Made by a program: the position numbers and the translations under genes. Shown one piece after another: positions 58,264-64,000 of a stretch of 64,000 nt of DNA (positions within the stretch are counted from its first letter, which is position 1; every line of letters begins with the position of its first letter). Under the pieces are notes generated by a model, which was given only the letters and a program-made list of their open reading frames with translations, was not told where the DNA came from and did no database searches. Source of the stretch: Microbotryum violaceum (taxonomy: Eukaryota); contig CDLV01000005.1 of NCBI GenBank assembly GCA_001244265.2, forward strand, positions 372,001-436,000, written 5' to 3'.

Positions 58264-58963
58264 TCCGGATGGGTTTGTTTGTGGTTTGTGAGAATGTAAT
58301 GGTATCAGAAGGGCGTGCTTGGCCATTCTGTCTAAGTTTCAGAGCCAGGCTCGACTCATCCATGAAAGGAAAAGTCAAACTGTACGAGGATTAGCATAGC
58401 AGCGTTTCGTTGAGATTGAGTAGACAAGTTAGTCCTAGATTACTTTCGCATATCGCAAGGTGCGGCGTACCGCCGGGCCGTCGGCTCGGGTCGTGATCCG
58501 AAATAGGGGCGACAATGGTTGAGCTTTTACTAGGGGAACGTGACCTTTCGAGACGGACAGTACATACTTGATGATGTTTCTCCAGTTGCAGGGTCCTCAT
58601 TCTTCATTGCGGGGAATCAATGTCTTACATTGACAGGATTGCCGGAAAAAGTGAGTTGTGGTAATGTACCTCCTATAAAAAGGAGACATGTTCAATCACG
58701 CGGCTGCTTCCCCGGAAAATGCCGTCTCTTGCCCGAGCTTTCCTTTGGCCCCGCGAGTACCACCGCGTTGCTGACTTGCTGCATGCTGCGCTCCCAGCGC
58801 CTCCACACTGCCTCCACTGCGCCTCCCTCGGCCAATCCGATCAGTCTTCGCGAGCTTTCGCGAGAAGCGGCTCTCTCTTTACGGTCTCGCTCTCCCCGTC
58901 CACCTATCTGGGTTTCCTTCTTCTTCTATTGTCGTTCTCTTCACCGGACCCAAGCCCACCACT

Positions 58964-61900
58964 ATGTCATCGATCCTGGCTTCGGTCGGGTCCAACTACG
59001 TGCCCCCCTTCGCGCAAACGACCCATCATGGCGGTGCTAGCGCGTCCTCGGCCGCTAGCGCAGCGGCTTCGGCCGGCGCGACTGGCACGAGCATCTCCTT
59101 CGCCAAGATCGCGACGGGCACGGCCACGGCTTCGAGCGCTGCGGTCAAGCCGACGCATACATCCATCATCAGCACCGATGGCGGGATCGACTCGACGTCG
59201 TTATTGGAATATTTCACCAAGGTTAGTATTTGTCCGTCGAGTCGCGCGCTGCGGTCCTCTGCACGCGCGTTGCTAGCAGTCTTCGGTCATCGCGGCGCAT
59301 GCCGTATACGGCCGACTAGCATCGGAGATGTTCTTTACGCGCAGAGAGAGAGATTGACTGGTGATCGATTGCATCCCCCTCTTCGCACAGCCCTACATTG
59401 ATGCGCATTCCCTCTCGGTGCCAACCTGGCGCTACGCCTACATCCTCTGGTTCGCAATTGCCGGTGTGCTCATACTGTGGTCGCTCGTATACCAGCTGAG
59501 CGGGGCGAGTAGAGGGTCAGCGCTCAGCGCGCTCTTTCGCAAGTATTCAATTAAACGCTTCGTCATTCAGACCAAGAAACCGAAGAAGGCCCAAAAGGGG
59601 ACAGAGGAAGAGGCCAGACCTGTACCCGTCGTGTCGAGGAGTCGAGTCAGACTCGCTTCACCGACCTATGCTCAGATCATCGTCTTGCTCGCACTGGTCG
59701 CCTTGTCGTGTTGTCTCAGCTTCCTCGGCGTGAGCTACATCAATCCTCGCACCTGCACCTTTGGAGGAACGTGCCCGTACCAGAGCGTCTATTCGCAGCT
59801 GCCACCGAGGATGTTGCGTCGCGCCGCGACATCGAATCCAGGAGGTTAGTCCCGCCCCATGCGAAGAAGTCTTTCTGCTCTCGGGGTCCGAGGGGAGAGC
59901 TGACCCCTGAGCCCGGCCCTCCTCGACAAAATCTGTTCCCCGCCCCCAGGTTGGGTCGCGTATACGGATCCCCTCCTCTCAGCTTCGAACACCGACATTG
60001 ACAAGAACTGGTGGACCTCGGCCGCTCGACTTGGTTTGATCGCTTACGCCCTACTCCCGCTCTGTGTTACGCTCGCATTGAAGCAGGTGAGTGCGCATTC
60101 GATGGGGCCTGAGCAGATCATCTTGCTTAATCTGACGATCGTCAATCCAAACCGACAGTGGCCTTTCAACATCTGGGCTACACCTTTTCTGACGGACTAC
60201 CACTACGACAAGGTAAGGGAGGGGGCGCAAGAATCTTATACCAGGCGCATGGTGACATAGCGCACGAGGCTTATCTGACGCTGTTTCTCGGCACAGACGG
60301 CCATCTTGCACCGCTGGTCTGGACGAATCATCTGGCTATTCACGTCCGGTCATGTCGCAGCCTGGTTCTACCAGTCCGCCGTCGACAAGGACCCCTTTGG
60401 ACGACCAGTACTCATCTCGCTGCTCGGCTACTGGCGTTTTCTCGCCGGCATCGTCGGTTATGGCTTGTTGACGCTCTTGACCCTCGTCTCATTCCGACCG
60501 ATCCGCGATCGTCATTACGAGCTCTTCTACTGGTCACATATCGTCATGGTCTTCACGCTCCTCGCGACATGCATCATCCATCATCGACCTCTGATGTGGT
60601 GGCCCATCATCGCTGCGATCGTGTGGGGTGCCGAACGGCTGTGCCGCCTCCTCGTGCAACTCCATGTCAATGGGGTGACAAAAGGCATCGGACTTCGACC
60701 CAAACCCTCTAAAACGGGCACTTTGCGCTTTTCGGTCATTGGGGCAGAAAAGATCGATGGCTATACTGACGGCAAGGGAAGACTGTTTGGTCCTGACGCC
60801 GTGAACGAGGCGAGCATGCCTCTTGCCAATTCGGGTACTCCGCACGCCTCGACGACGAACTACCACGTGTACCCACCCGCTGCTCAAACCCAACATCTAC
60901 CCTACCTCCCTTGCCCCGCTCCGAGTTATCCGGCCCACAACTACAACATACCCAACGCCCGCGCGCGTCAGCTCCCTCCCCCCGGGTTCGCCTCGGCGCA
61001 GATCCTTCCCGGTCGGATGATTCGCTTGACGATCCACACGCCTCGAGCCGTGCGCTGGAAGCCCGGGCAACACGTCTTCCTCACACTGCCGATCCTGCGC
61101 CTGTTCCAAGCGCACCCGTACACGATCGCATGTTGCGACGAGAGGGCGAAGGGCATCGCGCCGATCGGAGGCGCGTCGACAATCGAAGGTAGCGAGATCA
61201 CCATGCTCATCCGAGCCCAGCGCGGGTTTTCCAAGACCTTGTGGGACCACGTCGTGAAGGAGCGGAAGGAAAAGGAGGCGTCGGGTTTGCCCGCCGCTGA
61301 GTGCTTTAAGGGCGTCGAGTTGCGAGCCCTGATCGGCTGGCCCCTCGGATCCTCGTGTCGCACGTCGTGGGGACAGTACGAGAGTATCTTGATCATCTGT
61401 GGTGGCACGGGTGTCACTTTTGGGATCAGTGTGCTCGAATATACATGCCGACGCCTTGCTCGCCATGATGCCAACGATCGCAAGTACAAGACGAGCCGCG
61501 TGCGCTTCGTGTGGATCCTGCGCGAGTTTGCGCATCTCACGTGGGTCGCGCCTACGCTGTGTCGGTGCCTTGACATGGTCGATCCTTCTGAATTGCAAGT
61601 CGAGGTCTTTGTCAGTCGTGATCCTCCCTCGCTCAAGTACCGACAACCTTCGACGACCTACTTGCCGGGCGAGAACTATGAGTTCGCGCCCCCGAGCCCA
61701 CCGTTCGCTCGCTCCCACGGAGCGACTTCCCCAGGTCACGGCGACAGTGGTGACGAGAGCGATTTCGAGGAGGAAGGGTCGATGCGAACCCGATTGTTCC
61801 AGCGCGCTTACCCGAGTGCGATGTACGGCGAAGCGGTCGAGTCCGTCACCGACCTGGTCCTGTTCGATGGCGAGGATGACTACCGTACCCCTGGCGAAGC

Positions 61901-62555
61901 CGAGATGTCTAGTAAGGTCAAAAAGGTCGGCAAGATCCGTCGAGCCTTGTCGAGGAGGAACAGATCGGAACCGACGGAATCGACGATACCGTACACCGCT
62001 ACTACGGCGCCATCGCCTTACCGCAGCGAAGCACGTGACCCCTTCACTGCCCTTGAATACAATCGATCGTACTCGGAAGAAGTTGCTTTGGGCACCGATA
62101 AAAGACATGTTGGCCCATCGGACTCGCCAGCGTCCAAGGGCGCGTACGAAGATACGCCCGACCAGTCGTTCGGAGTCGAAGAGGAGAGCTCGTATCGCCT
62201 CGGTTCCAGTCAAACCAGATCGACGAGCTTGCATCGACTCGTCGATTCGAGGCGCAGCTCGTTCCAACCCACCACCACAGCAGACGAGGACGGTCTGCTC
62301 GACGTCTCAGCCGAGGACCAAGCAGACCTCGATATTGTCGCCGAATTCGCCAAACCGGGCTACCCCAAGTTGGCGGAGATCTTGGATGCCGAAGTCAACA
62401 CGTCCAAGGGGAAGACGATGGTCGCTTGTTGTGGCCCGAACGGGCTCAACACCCTCGTCAGGCACCTCGTGTCGTCCCGCATCGAGATCAAGAAGTTGCT
62501 GAAGGGCGACCCGAGGGCCCAGATCAGTCTGGTTTGCGAAGACTTTTCTTTCTAG
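58964..62555 (+). CDS. Ferric reductase-like transmembrane flavoprotein (FRE family)
   Basis: TM heme histidines (LHRWSGR, YELFYWSH), WKPGQHVFL, QAHPYTI, ICGGTGVTF, VRFVWILR, ACCGP and C-terminal EDFSF. Confidence 0.9.
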
Positions 62556-63231
62556 GGAGTACCTAAGCTCCATTACCGGTCCTCTCTCCGTAATTTCTCG
62601 CTGTTGTATACCCAGACCACCTCTTATTTTCGGGTCGAAGGAATTTCTCCTCTGCACTGAAACTTTCCCACCCACTTTTTCTCTTCGTTGTGCCTAGCGA
62701 TACATGTTTCAGCATCGCGTTCCTCCCTTCATTCTGATTAATGCTGGAGTCTGTTCATCACCTTTAGCTTATCGAGCATCGTCTTCGATTATGATCACGC
62801 TTCCTTACGACCCTCGATGCGGCCAGCCCGGAAAGGCTGCGCTTGTGACAGTGCGACGACCATATGTATGACAAGTCAAGAAAGTTGGTTCAGCATGGGA
62901 AAGCCGAAGAATGGTGCGAATGATGATATATGGAAATAATGAGGGCCCAAGAAAATACGAAGCAAAAGAAAGGACGTGAAGAACACAGACGAGGATCTAA
63001 GCACGCCGAACCACCCTACAACTAGAAAACCCGTGAATACAGAACAGTGGTACAGGAAGGAGGCGGATGCGATTTTGAGCCTCTTGAATTCAAATAACGG
63101 ATGCGTAGGACGGTGGTAGGGAGGAGGGATCAGTTGGGGTCGTAGTGGGTCGACATCGCCAGCTGAGCATGGGGTAGATAGGGACCCGCATGTACCAGGC
63201 CCGACGAGCGACGCGGGGAGGTCGAACTCTG

Positions 63232-64000
63232 TCAGTTGTACGGGGGGAGATAGTAATCCGGCGGGGTAGGCAGTGCCGCCGAAGAGAGGGAGGGTTGAGA
63301 GTCGACTTGTCCCCATCGGGCGGCGTCGAAGGCCATGTAGCGCTCGTGTTGAGATGGGTAGTAGGCTTCTGCTTGGAGGTTCGACGAAGAGGCGTGCTTG
63401 CCCTCGTTCGGATAGTAATAGCTCGACATGGGAGCCGTCATTCCTCGCGCTGCGGCACCGAACGTGTAGGAGAAAATATTTTCTCCAGGAGGCATGCGGT
63501 CTGAACCGGCTGGCATTGTTGCGTAAGGGGAGCCTTGGGCCAGGGGCGAGTGTTCGTGCGTCCAGTAAGGAGTCACGGCAGATGGCGAGAGCGGCGAGGG
63601 GTACACGGGCAGGGTCGAGACGGCTTGCTCGTGGACCGACGCGTTGAGGTTGATAAACGATGGCTTCTGCGCATTAGATGGAAATGCAGCGAGGGACGTT
63701 TGAGGTGTGACGTAGTCGCTGCTCATCGAATGTCGGCCGTGCGAGTCGATCGAAGCGACCGAGCCGCGGCGGCCCGAGTCGCCAGAGTGGGTCGGCGACA
63801 AGGCGCCATCATCGGCGCTGTCAGAGTAGGAGGTGCTGCAGTTGGAGGTGACGCTGGCCCTGTCTTTTCGCTTGCGACTTTTGCGAATCATCACCGCGAA
63901 GGCTTTTCCGGCGTTGCCTGTCCAAAAATCGCGTGCGGGGTGCCTGAGAGTGGGTCAGGCGTATCCGACCGTGGGTGGAAGAGGGGCAGTGGCAGTGGGG
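63232..64000 (-). CDS. 3' part of a hypothetical Ser/Pro-rich protein with a basic RKSRKRK patch; gene starts beyond the window end
   Basis: A 220-aa open frame preceded by a likely intron. No family was recognised and the 3' end is uncertain. Confidence 0.5.

Noticed and set aside
60897-62267. 456-aa antisense ORF within the ferric reductase
   Set aside because: Shadow ORF of a GC-rich coding exon.

Overview
This is eukaryotic, intron-rich fungal genomic DNA. Short GT-AG introns with CTRAC branch sites and the gene content suggest a basidiomycete, plausibly a Pucciniomycotina yeast (inference). I can support about 20 spliced protein genes: a GT90/CAP10-like glycosyltransferase (partial), branched-chain aminotransferase, homocitrate synthase, RPL26, a CBM48 protein, GDP-mannose pyrophosphorylase, cystinosin, ENP2/NOL10, hexokinase, an MFS transporter, a TDT/SLAC1 transporter, an HxxxDG acyltransferase, SUB2/UAP56, flavocytochrome b2, an Fpk1/Nrc-2 kinase, a DUF4211-like protein, a class I/II aminotransferase, a ferric reductase and a partial hypothetical gene. 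Two accessory islands stand out. The first (about 2.6-5.2 kb) holds a 153-nt poly-T tract, a short ORF ending in a Cdc48-C-terminus-like motif and a ~540-bp near-perfect inverted repeat. The second (about 50-55.6 kb) holds two co-oriented 5'-truncated L1/Tx1-like LINE pieces that share a 5'-junction motif and sit 86 bp upstream of an atypical tRNA-Cys gene, a candidate tRNA- or site-targeted retrotransposon. Exon boundaries were read by eye, family assignments come from recalled motifs rather than database searches, and CDS coordinates span introns.
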